From the NCBI GenBank assembly GCA_949293405.1, contig CASFDI010000090.1:1-59180 (forward strand): a stretch of 59,180 nucleotides of DNA, read 5' to 3'. The DNA comes from an uncultured bacterium. Lineage in GTDB: Bacteria > Bacillota > Clostridia > Oscillospirales > CAG-272. This document shows, piece by piece, positions 50,909-59,180 of the stretch. Below the pieces are notes generated by a model. It saw only the letters and a list, made by a program, of their open reading frames with translations, made no database searches and was not told where the DNA came from. Both the position numbers and the translations under genes were made by a program. Each line of letters begins with the position of its first letter. Position 1 is the stretch's first letter.

Positions 50909-51697
50909 TCAGTCGGCCGCCTCCAGTACGGCAAGTGCGGCCTCGGCGGCCGCCTGTTCCGCTTTACGGCGGCTGGGGCCTTCGCCCGTGCCGCTCACTG
51001 CGCCATGCGCGGTAGTAACGGTACAGCAGACCGTGTAGGTGCAGTTGTGCTCGGGGCCGCGCACGCCGGTCTGGGTATAAGAGCAGGGAATGCGTTGCTT
51101 CTCGCAGTATTCTTTCAGCCGTGTTTTGGCATCCCGCACCTGCTTTCTGACCAGTGTCTGAAGCTGCTCCGCACCCGCGTCAGCGTCGTCCCCCAGCAGG
51201 CGTTCGGGACGGTCCAGCCGTTCCACCAGCGCCAGCACGGTCTCAAAATTCATCCCGCTGTCCAGTGCAACCGCAGCTACCAGACTTTCGAAAAGATCCT
51301 CGCGGGGCGAATCCCGGTCTTGGACTCCCTGCAACCGGTCTCCGCGGCTCACGCGCAGATAAGACTGCAGCCCCATCTCTCCGATGATCCGGGACAGAGC
51401 GGTTTTGTCGCTCATTTTGCTTTTGATGGCGGAAAACCCACCTTCTGCCAGGCGCGTTTCCAGACCGTTCTCACCCACAGTGCCGTACCGGCGGATCAGC
51501 AGATATGCCAGTGCTGCACTCAGCAGGCTGTCACCCAGAAATTCCAGCACTTCGTTTGACGGTGTGTCGGACGGGGTGCCGCTCATCTGCATCTCGTGAA
51601 AATAGGACGAACGCGTCAGGGCCTGACGCAGAAGGGCACGGTTGCGGAACCGGTAGCCGAGTTGTTCTTCTATGGCATGGTAGATGTCAGGTTGCAT
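50909..51697 (-). CDS. rnc: ribonuclease III family protein with dsRBD
   Basis: ALTRSSY, NEVLEFLGD, EDLFESLVAAV, dsRBD DAKTRLKE...GEGPSRRKAEQAAA. Confidence 0.85.
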   Translation of the reverse strand: MQPDIYHAIEEQLGYRFRNRALLRQALTRSSYFHEMQMSGTPSDTPSNEVLEFLGDSLLSAALAYLLIRRYGTVGENGLETRLAEGGFSAIKSKMSDKTALSRIIGEMGLQSYLRVSRGDRLQGVQDRDSPREDLFESLVAAVALDSGMNFETVLALVERLDRPERLLGDDADAGAEQLQTLVRKQVRDAKTRLKEYCEKQRIPCSYTQTGVRGPEHNCTYTVCCTVTTAHGAVSGTGEGPSRRKAEQAAAEAALAVLEAAD

Positions 51698-51741
51698 AGG
51701 GGTATCTTCCTTTCGCTTTTGTACCTGTTCGCTGCGGGCAC

Positions 51742-54189
51742 TCAGGTCTTTTTGCCTTTTCCCCGGGAATATACCACGGCGCCGGTTTTGCGGCGGCCGG
51801 GTTTGGTGCGGGGCATGCGTACTGACAGAGTGCCGGTGACATGACGCAGAATCAGCCGGTTGTCTTCCCAGTGTGCATCCAGCGGATCCGAGGTGTCAAA
51901 GGGATAGTGGCTGTTGAGTGTGACATCCAGTTGTCCGATGCAGTAGGTCTCGGGATACAGGGTGACCGTAGCATCCGTAAGGCCGGTGATTTCCAGACGG
52001 CGCCGGTAAACAGCTGATTCGCAGGTGCGCTCCCGGCATCCCACAAGCCCGCTCTGCATGCCGTCTACAAAAACGCGGCATTCCCTGTGTTCGGCGCGCG
52101 GGAAGCGGTAACAGGACATCCCGTCGGTAAGACAGGTTTCGTATCCGATCAGAAGAGGTGCTCCCTGCGGAAAACGCAGACGGCACTCTACGGTGGTGGA
52201 GGGAGCATATACCGAGAAGAACCATGCGTTGTCGCTCCGGTGCACGGTCAGGGTGTTAGGCAGAACGGCGGGAGAGGGTTTTTCCATCAGAACTGTCAGA
52301 CCCAGATGGGAAAGCAGCAGACGCAACAGCTCTCCGCCGTTACAGAAGCGGTCGGCCGGATCGGGCACCGGGTACTTTTCGCCCGGTACCGACTCGGCAC
52401 CGAGAGGGGCGCGGTACCAGAGCAGATTTCCATGCTGTACCGACAGGGCCATTCCTTCTGCCGTGAGACAGGGCGTGCCGTCGGGCCCGGAGTATTTTTC
52501 GCAAAGACCGCCGTCACAGAAGAGCGGACGGATCATCAGCCTGTGCGGCGGCTCGCCGCTGCGGACCGGATCGGCGGGGCAATGGTCCGGCAGGATCAGG
52601 AGACCGGTACGCTCTTTTGCGGAGCAGGTAATGCCGAACCGGCGGCGTATCCGGTCGGACGCGCGCCCGAGCGGCCCCAAAAGGCACACCCGGATGCCTG
52701 CGTCTGCCGCCGCCAGCAGGGCTTCTTCGTATGGAGCGCCCGCCGGGGGAACCGGTGCGAGCAGAATGCTTTCGCGGAAAATTTCGCGCGGACAGCGGAC
52801 AAAGTCGTCCGCATCTATGACGCCTCCGAGCGGCAGACCGCTGTTGATGGCCTGCGCCATAAACCAGTCGTGGCAGAAAGCACGGCGCAGCTCCTCTTCG
52901 CTTCCGCCGCAGCAGAATTCTTCAAACGGATAGACCCATACCAGGGGCGGAGGAGCATCGGGCGCATGGCGCTCGGCGGTCAGTAAATGTACCAACGGTT
53001 CACGCGCGCAACTGTCGGGCAGATCTCCGAACGAGTTGTCTACCGAAAGCAACTGCAGATCGGTGGGAGTTTCGGTTTTTCCGGTATGGTCGGTGCGCGA
53101 GAGCGCCATCGGCAGATAAATGTCATGCGGTTGTCCCTCGTAACGGTCATACCAGGGAGAATTCATCCACCACGGATCGTGAATGTAGTACCGGAACTGC
53201 CAGCGCTCTGCCGGGTGCCGGGCATTGCGGGACAGATGCCCCATCAGTTCCAGACCGAAATTGCCGTCCAGGGCGGCCCAGGGGGAGTTGGGCGGGGGGA
53301 GCATGCCGGGCTGTTCCCGATACAGCTGTGCCAGCGGAACACCGTCGGTCGCATAATCAATTCCGGCGGAGAAATTGGTGCCGCGGGTTTTGATGAACAG
53401 ATCCGGGCATTCGGCACGGAACAGCTGCCAGAAGGAGAGTACACGCTCCCGGACAGCGGCAAGGCTTTCCGGATGAAACCGCTCGCCGTCAAAAATATCT
53501 CCGTGATTGTCCCAGGGGGTAGCGGAAAAACCGACGCCGTTTGACAGCCAGATGTAATCGAATCCCATGTCCCGCAGAAATACGCGGCACTGTTTCCCGA
53601 AGAAAACGGGGAACGGGGTTCCTTCCGGGATCCCGTCGGGCCAGGCGGCATAGGGAGTGTCATCGGCATGGAGTACGGAAGAACTGTCAATGAAGCACCG
53701 CGCGCCCATAGCCATCCCGCGGCAGATCTCGGGATGACGCTTGTATTTGAAGTCTGAGATGGCAAATTCGGGGCCGATATCAAAGGTCTCCCCGATTTCT
53801 ACCCGGGTACCGGGATCGGCTGCGGCTTGCAGTGCCCGGCGCAGCGCAGATACAATCTCTTTCAGGATCCCGTAGGTCATGACAGGGGGGTGATCGGTAT
53901 AGTAGACCGGGCAGGCATGCAGGGAAATACCGCGTGGGTCAAACGCCAGGTGCTCGGGGGGGTTGGCACTTCCAATCATGCAACACCAGGAAAAGGGATC
54001 GTCTGCATTGCCGCGGTAATCCAGGATTTCACTGCCGTCAGCAGTCCACAGCATCACCGATACCGACTCTCTGCCGCGCAAAAGAGGCTGCCACTGCCGT
54101 GCAAGAGCCGTTGCAGTTTCAAAAACAGAGTCGGCACCGGTATTCCGGAACGGTTTAAGACTGAGTTCCAGGGTAATATGTCTGAACAT
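51742..54189 (-). CDS. uncharacterised 815-aa protein, possibly glycoside-hydrolase-like
   Basis: RBS GAAGGAGG; aromatic/acidic motifs GETFDIGPEF, GFDYIWLSNG, YYIHDPWWMNSPWYDRY; no signal peptide. Confidence 0.8.
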   Translation of the reverse strand: MFRHITLELSLKPFRNTGADSVFETATALARQWQPLLRGRESVSVMLWTADGSEILDYRGNADDPFSWCCMIGSANPPEHLAFDPRGISLHACPVYYTDHPPVMTYGILKEIVSALRRALQAAADPGTRVEIGETFDIGPEFAISDFKYKRHPEICRGMAMGARCFIDSSSVLHADDTPYAAWPDGIPEGTPFPVFFGKQCRVFLRDMGFDYIWLSNGVGFSATPWDNHGDIFDGERFHPESLAAVRERVLSFWQLFRAECPDLFIKTRGTNFSAGIDYATDGVPLAQLYREQPGMLPPPNSPWAALDGNFGLELMGHLSRNARHPAERWQFRYYIHDPWWMNSPWYDRYEGQPHDIYLPMALSRTDHTGKTETPTDLQLLSVDNSFGDLPDSCAREPLVHLLTAERHAPDAPPPLVWVYPFEEFCCGGSEEELRRAFCHDWFMAQAINSGLPLGGVIDADDFVRCPREIFRESILLAPVPPAGAPYEEALLAAADAGIRVCLLGPLGRASDRIRRRFGITCSAKERTGLLILPDHCPADPVRSGEPPHRLMIRPLFCDGGLCEKYSGPDGTPCLTAEGMALSVQHGNLLWYRAPLGAESVPGEKYPVPDPADRFCNGGELLRLLLSHLGLTVLMEKPSPAVLPNTLTVHRSDNAWFFSVYAPSTTVECRLRFPQGAPLLIGYETCLTDGMSCYRFPRAEHRECRVFVDGMQSGLVGCRERTCESAVYRRRLEITGLTDATVTLYPETYCIGQLDVTLNSHYPFDTSDPLDAHWEDNRLILRHVTGTLSVRMPRTKPGRRKTGAVVYSRGKGKKT

Positions 54190-54209
54190 GAATCCTCCTT
54201 CTGCCGGGA

Positions 54210-54710
54210 TCAGACCGGCTCTTGCGGAATGTGCCTTGCCATTGCGTGATTGCTGTAGCGGCGTTCCTGCGATACATCGGCCAGGACGATGATCTGCGGG
54301 GGGATTTCCGGAATTTCATCCGGGGTTTTCAGTTCGATTTCCAGTACTGCCGTGTGTTTCCAGAATGGGTAAACATCAATTTCCAGTATCCTGCCGCGGT
54401 AGGGCAGGACCGTGCGTTGCTTTTCTATCGGGTTGCATGCCGGGTCCGCCTGCCGAAGCAACGCCGCGTATTCTTCCTCTGCGATGACCCGTTCTTCTTC
54501 CGTGCGGCTGATTCCATCTGCAATTCCCTTACAGGTATAAGTGTAAACCACGCTTCCGTCGGGCGAGCGGCGCATGCGCACCCGTCGCGATGGGAATCCC
54601 GGGGCAGGGAGCAGGTAGGTTTGTATGATCCGGTCGGTCCGCCCGCCCGACAAAAACATGCTGTCAGGCATACGGATGAGATATTTCCGCTCAATTTCCA
54701 GATGTGGCAT
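54210..54710 (-). CDS. CYTH domain protein
   Basis: LEIERKYL, RRVRMR, IEKQR, LEIDVYP, LEIEL, YSN. Confidence 0.9.
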   Translation of the reverse strand: MPHLEIERKYLIRMPDSMFLSGGRTDRIIQTYLLPAPGFPSRRVRMRRSPDGSVVYTYTCKGIADGISRTEEERVIAEEEYAALLRQADPACNPIEKQRTVLPYRGRILEIDVYPFWKHTAVLEIELKTPDEIPEIPPQIIVLADVSQERRYSNHAMARHIPQEPV

Positions 54711-54720
54711 ACGGGCCTCC

Positions 54721-56241
54721 TCAGAGCATGGGAGTGAAAACCATCAGTGTAGCGGATACCAGACGGGCGACCACGCCCTGCCGGTAATGATCCATGGGCT
54801 GGCATTGGAGGAACAGGTTATCAAAATCCGCCCCTACCTGCTCCACCGCAGGTGTACCGTAAAGAATCACTCCGCATTCGAAGTGATGTACCAGGCTGCG
54901 GTAATCCAGATTGACCGAACCGACCACCGCGCATTCGCGGTCGCAGAGCAACTGTTTTGCATGAATAAAGCCAGGTGTATATTCCAGAATCCTGACCCCT
55001 GCTTGCTGCAGGCGGCGGTAATTGGATCGGGTGAGCAGGAAAATCAGGCGTTTATCCGGGATGTGGGGCGTTACAATACGCACATCCACGCCGCGTTTTG
55101 CGGCTGCTTCCAGCGCGCACAGCATCCGGTGATCGGGAATCAGATAGGGGGTTGTAATCCAGAGAGAGTGTTTTGCGCATTCGATCAGGTGCAGATAGAC
55201 CTGCTCGGCAACTGCGTCCCGATACATGGGTTTCGGACCGTCTGCGTAGGGAAGAATCATTTCCCCTGCTTCCGGATGAGAGGGCTGACGGACCATATAA
55301 GGCTCAAACGGTTCAAAATGTTTGGACTGCGTGACATAGCTCTGCAGGAACATGGCGGTCAGGTTGTTGACTGCCGGACCGGTGAGTTCCACCGCAGTAT
55401 CTTTCCACACGCCGTACGGGTGGGTGACATTGATGTATTCGTCTGCCAGATTGACCCCGCCGACAAATCCCACTTTGCCGTCTATGACCGCAATTTTACG
55501 GTGATCGCGGTTGTTGTGCACTGCAGAGAGAACGGGGGCGTATTTATTGAACGGGCACACCTTGATCCCGGCCCGCGTAAGACGGCGGCGGTAGCCGAGC
55601 GGAATTTTGGAAGCACACCCCATATCATCGTAGATCAGGCGTACTTCCACCCCGTCGGCAATCCGGTGTTTGAGAATATCCAGAATGCGGTTCCACATGA
55701 CCCCCGGCTGCAGAATGAAATACTCCAGAAAGATGAACCGCTCCGCATGTTCCAACGCATGGACCAACGCTTCAAAAAAGCGTTCGCCCGATTCCAGAAA
55801 TACTGCTTTCGTGCCGCAGTCTGCCCGTTCTCCGGAGGTGTGGGCAATATACCGGCACAGCGCGGCGTAATCAGGAGGCAGTTTGTTTTCGTCTGTCCGT
55901 TCCCCTCCGTGGTCGAGAAACCTTCTGCTTTCCTGTGCCATGCAGGAGAACAGGTGACGGTGGATACGCGGCTCGCGGTTGCGTGAAAAAATAAAATAAA
56001 TCAGTACCCCGAACAGCGGCGAAATCAGAATCACCACGGTCCAGGTTGTTTTGGCTTCCGGGATCATGTCACGGTTGAAGACATCCAGCAGAGTCACAAC
56101 GCTTAATATGCGCACGTGAATCTCCACCCAGACAAAGTAATCGTTCCAGGCTGTCAGAAAACTGACCAGCAGCAATACCTGAAAAATCACCGCCAGCGCG
56201 ACCAGCACGGTACGGTTGAACAGCCGTTTGAGCAAATGCAT
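54721..56241 (-). CDS. cls: cardiolipin synthase
   Basis: Two HKD motifs (HRKIAVID, HAKQLLCD); N-terminal TM helices; start at 56241 after GAGGAAG. Confidence 0.93.
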   Translation of the reverse strand: MHLLKRLFNRTVLVALAVIFQVLLLVSFLTAWNDYFVWVEIHVRILSVVTLLDVFNRDMIPEAKTTWTVVILISPLFGVLIYFIFSRNREPRIHRHLFSCMAQESRRFLDHGGERTDENKLPPDYAALCRYIAHTSGERADCGTKAVFLESGERFFEALVHALEHAERFIFLEYFILQPGVMWNRILDILKHRIADGVEVRLIYDDMGCASKIPLGYRRRLTRAGIKVCPFNKYAPVLSAVHNNRDHRKIAVIDGKVGFVGGVNLADEYINVTHPYGVWKDTAVELTGPAVNNLTAMFLQSYVTQSKHFEPFEPYMVRQPSHPEAGEMILPYADGPKPMYRDAVAEQVYLHLIECAKHSLWITTPYLIPDHRMLCALEAAAKRGVDVRIVTPHIPDKRLIFLLTRSNYRRLQQAGVRILEYTPGFIHAKQLLCDRECAVVGSVNLDYRSLVHHFECGVILYGTPAVEQVGADFDNLFLQCQPMDHYRQGVVARLVSATLMVFTPML

Positions 56242-56342
56242 GTTGACTTCCTCTTTTTTCTTGTTATCTGTATTATACCACAGCCTGCGCTTTTTTTCGA
56301 GACTATTTTCAATATCGGGAAAAGAAGCCATAAAAAACAAAG

Positions 56343-56370
56343 CCGTCCGCCGCATGTATGCGGCGGACGG
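56343..56370 (-). terminator. terminator after the sulfatase
   Basis: CCGTCCGCCGCAT-GT-ATGCGGCGGACGG; T-run on the minus strand. Confidence 0.8.
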
Positions 56371-56373
56371 TGA

Positions 56374-57861
56374 TCAATCCGTGCTTTTTTCAAAGCGGTC
56401 GTCTGCGAGACCCCGGTATGTCTGCAGTAATTCTTCAGCACCTTTTGCCCGCCCTGTGCGGCGCAGGCGGTCGGCATAAGAATAAAGATTCCCGCGGGCA
56501 TGAAGCGGGCCTCCTTCGCGCAGAACCGTCCACATGGGATCGGCATCCGAGTCGCTCTTTGTCATCATGTCGTATTCCCAACTCTGCAGTTGACGCGCGA
56601 GCCGGTCTGCTATCTCCGGATGCAGGTCAATCAGGTTGCAGGTTTCGTGCGGATCGTGGCGGATATCGTAAAGCATTTCGCCGGAGAAGAGATGGTAACC
56701 GCCATGTGCAGTCCGGATGTACAGGTAATCTCCTTGAAGAATGGAACGCTGGCAGACATGCGCGCATTGGTTGAGGACCACATAGGGCTTTCCGCAGTCA
56801 GCACCTTTTCTCAGCGTTTCGGCATAACTGCTGCCGTCCCAGTTGGGTGCATGCGGGATCCCGAGAAGATCCGCGACTGTCGGAGCGAGATCAATATTTT
56901 CATGCAGTCCCATATCCGCTGCCCCGCTTTGCATACCGGGCCAGCGGATGATCATGGGGATACGGCAACACGGATAATCTGCTGTGCCGTGCTCGGCATA
57001 AAGCCCGAGTTCCCCCAGGTTCTCTCCATGGTCAGATGTGATGATAATCGCGGTATCCTCATATACTCCCTGCTTTTTCAGGACGGAAATCAGTTGTGAA
57101 ACATTGTCATCCGCATATCGCACAGCACAGTCATAATTGTCAATAAATGTTTTCATATCTGACAGAGTGTTTATCCGTCCGGGATGGCGTGGATAGGCCG
57201 GATTTTCCTTGTCATTCCACATATTGATTTCCTGTGCGCTGTGCGGGCCGACATGTTGCAGGTGATTCTGAAATATTTCTTCGCTGATCCAGTCGTCCGG
57301 CAACGGGCAGTCGGCATACGGATTTCCGAATGCAGCAGGAGCGCGGTAGGGAGTATGAGGATCCCAGAGATGAAAGTGCAGAAACCAGTTGTCCTCTGCA
57401 GCGTGGTTTTGCAGCCAGTTATATGCAAGCGGAGTTACTTCTTCTGCCGATTCCATACCGCATTTGCCTACATTATACATTTCATGAAATCCTGCATAAA
57501 ACCAGAATGCAGAATGCCGCTCAGCAAAACTGCTTACTGATACGGTATGCATTCCCGCACGGCGAAAGATGTGGAACAGATTGTTCTGCGCCCATGTATC
57601 CTGAAACCCCCGGTATATCCCTTCAAGTCTCATATCTGCAGCGGTCCCTCCATGTCCTACTACGCCGGTGTGAATACCATACATGCCGGTTGCGAGAGCC
57701 GCTCGGGAGGGAAGACAGGGGGCGTTGCAGGTATAATAATTATCAAAGCGGATTCCTTCGGCGGCAATACGGTCCATACAGGGAGTGGTGTCCCTGCCAT
57801 ATCCGTAGCATCCCATATGATCCGGGCGCAATGTATCAATATCAATCATCAGAATCCTCAT
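56374..57861 (-). CDS. Cys-type (formylglycine-dependent) sulfatase
   Basis: IDIDTLRPDH, CxPxR motif CLPSR, WDPH, TSDHGE; start at 57861. Confidence 0.93.
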   Translation of the reverse strand: MRILMIDIDTLRPDHMGCYGYGRDTTPCMDRIAAEGIRFDNYYTCNAPCLPSRAALATGMYGIHTGVVGHGGTAADMRLEGIYRGFQDTWAQNNLFHIFRRAGMHTVSVSSFAERHSAFWFYAGFHEMYNVGKCGMESAEEVTPLAYNWLQNHAAEDNWFLHFHLWDPHTPYRAPAAFGNPYADCPLPDDWISEEIFQNHLQHVGPHSAQEINMWNDKENPAYPRHPGRINTLSDMKTFIDNYDCAVRYADDNVSQLISVLKKQGVYEDTAIIITSDHGENLGELGLYAEHGTADYPCCRIPMIIRWPGMQSGAADMGLHENIDLAPTVADLLGIPHAPNWDGSSYAETLRKGADCGKPYVVLNQCAHVCQRSILQGDYLYIRTAHGGYHLFSGEMLYDIRHDPHETCNLIDLHPEIADRLARQLQSWEYDMMTKSDSDADPMWTVLREGGPLHARGNLYSYADRLRRTGRAKGAEELLQTYRGLADDRFEKSTD

Positions 57862-57901
57862 ATTGCAGCACCCTTTCTTCGTAACGGGATTTCTGATTTT
57901 C

Positions 57902-57945
57902 ATTTTAACACGGAGAGAAATTTTTGTCAAGAGAGTCTCTCTTGA
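57902..57945 (-). promoter_or_regulatory. sulfatase promoter with overlapping palindromic operator candidate
   Basis: Minus strand TTGACA-17-TAAAAT (57902-57930); perfect TCAAGAGAG-T-CTCTCTTGA at 57927-57945. Confidence 0.65.
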
Positions 57946-58584
57946 AATGCGAAGACCGAAGCATGGCAGCAGTGCCTCGGTCCCCGGAAAGTATCCGCCA
58001 TCGGGAATGGAGCGCCGGCCCGTTCTGTTGCAGTGAGTTGCGGCGCACCCGAGCAGATGTTTCATATGCTGCCTTTTTTCATTTTGCTCGAAGAGTTTGT
58101 CTGAAGCAGGTCCGCCCTTCCGTGAGCACCGATGTTCCCGGTCGGTTATCGGGATCAGGGCGTGCACATACAGAAGATCAGAGAGGCGCTGTCGGTCATG
58201 CAGAGGTCAGCACAACCGTAAGAAGTGAAATGAAACAGATATGATTTTAATCCCGGAAATTGTTCCTCTGTCGGCCCACGATCAGAGCGGAAAGATGTCT
58301 GTTGCAAAGCCTTCTCTGTGCGCAGATTCCGTACATGCAATGTACTGGAACAGGACTGCGGAACTTTCATGATGTTCCGGAAAGGTTTTCGCCGCCGTCA
58401 TAGGAATCCCGGCAGTTTATGGTGCTTGCAGTTTCTGCTTCCGGAAGAGACATTCTGCCTCTCCGGTTTCTGTCACGGCTGCGCAAAATAAAATCTTTAT
58501 GCAGGAGGGGCGGTCCGACAATTCTGACCGGCATGAAAGCTCACGGAGAAAGCGCCTCTTTTTTATTATTTTTTGAACTTACTA

Positions 58585-58613
58585 TTGACAAAATATGCAG
58601 AAATCACTATAAT
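58585..58613 (+). promoter_or_regulatory. consensus sigma-A promoter
   Basis: TTGACA-17-TATAAT. Confidence 0.8.
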
Positions 58614-58683
58614 AAAGATTGTATGACTGAAAAATTGCAGTTTAGAAGCTTTTCTTCCTGCAAAATCTGAGAGGTGTTACCCA

Positions 58684-59180
58684 ATGCAATATACCGAAAG
58701 TACAGCGCCGCGCCGCGCCGAACTGTATCAGCAACTTACCGAAACCTACAAGGCTTACATCGCACGCGGGCTGTCTCTGGATCTTTCCCGCGGCAAGCCG
58801 GGCGCAGATCAGCTCGATCTGAGCATGCCCATGCTTTGTGATAACGGATCGTACCGCAGTCCCGGCGGGATTGACTGCCGCAATTACGGCCAGCTCTTCG
58901 GTCTGCCTGAAATGCGTGCCTTCTGGTCGGATGTGACCGGTATTCCCGCTGATCGCATTGTTGTGGGCGGCAACTCCAGCCTCAACCTCATGTATGATAC
59001 CATCTCGCGTGCCATGCTGTTCGGACTTGCGCATTCGCCCCGCCCCTGGGCCTATGAGGAAAAGCGGAAGTTTCTGTGCCCGTCTCCCGGGTACGACCGC
59101 CATTTTGCCATTACGGAGGCACTTGGCTTTGAGTTGATTACGGTTCCCATGACCGATGAAGGTCCCGATATGGATCTGGT
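58684..59180 (+). CDS. PLP-dependent class I/II aminotransferase (aspartate aminotransferase-like), runs off the right edge
   Basis: Manual translation MQYTES...LDLSRGKP...DCRNYG...GGNSSLNLMYD...FLCPSPGYDRHF...GPDMD; RBS GAGGTG. Confidence 0.9.
   Translation, partial: MQYTESTAPRRAELYQQLTETYKAYIARGLSLDLSRGKPGADQLDLSMPMLCDNGSYRSPGGIDCRNYGQLFGLPEMRAFWSDVTGIPADRIVVGGNSSLNLMYDTISRAMLFGLAHSPRPWAYEEKRKFLCPSPGYDRHFAITEALGFELITVPMTDEGPDMDL

Overview
GC-rich chromosomal segment of a spore-forming Clostridia-type Firmicute (probably Oscillospiraceae/Ruminococcaceae-like; inferred from gene content). It is mostly housekeeping: prfB, spoIIAA-spoIIAB-sigF, CIRCE-controlled groES-groEL, a nine-gene de novo purine operon behind a clear ZTP (pfl) riboswitch, nnr, fakB-fakA, plsY-methyltransferase-tsaE-tsaB-rpiB, queG, an ABC exporter, an RNase III and cls. 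It also has glycan-foraging genes: a GH92 mannosidase running off the left edge (absent from the ORF track), a large secreted multidomain SGNH esterase and a sulfatase. The features most worth a second look are: (i) a ~1.5 kb AT-richer islet bracketed by a ~95 bp direct repeat of the groEL 3' end plus its terminator, carrying a deletion-fused ECF sigma/anti-sigma relic beside an intact paralogous pair; (ii) a tail-anchored protein with three tandem TPR-plus-helix modules; (iii) a Pho-box-preceded Na/Pi cotransporter translationally coupled to a 560-aa uncharacterised enzyme-like protein; (iv) ZTP-switch control of the whole purine pathway; (v) a PurM with a substituted GGETAE motif; and (vi) two candidate structured ncRNAs. 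I found no CRISPR array, tRNA, rRNA, integrase or transposase, and I cannot claim a definitive new system from sequence alone.
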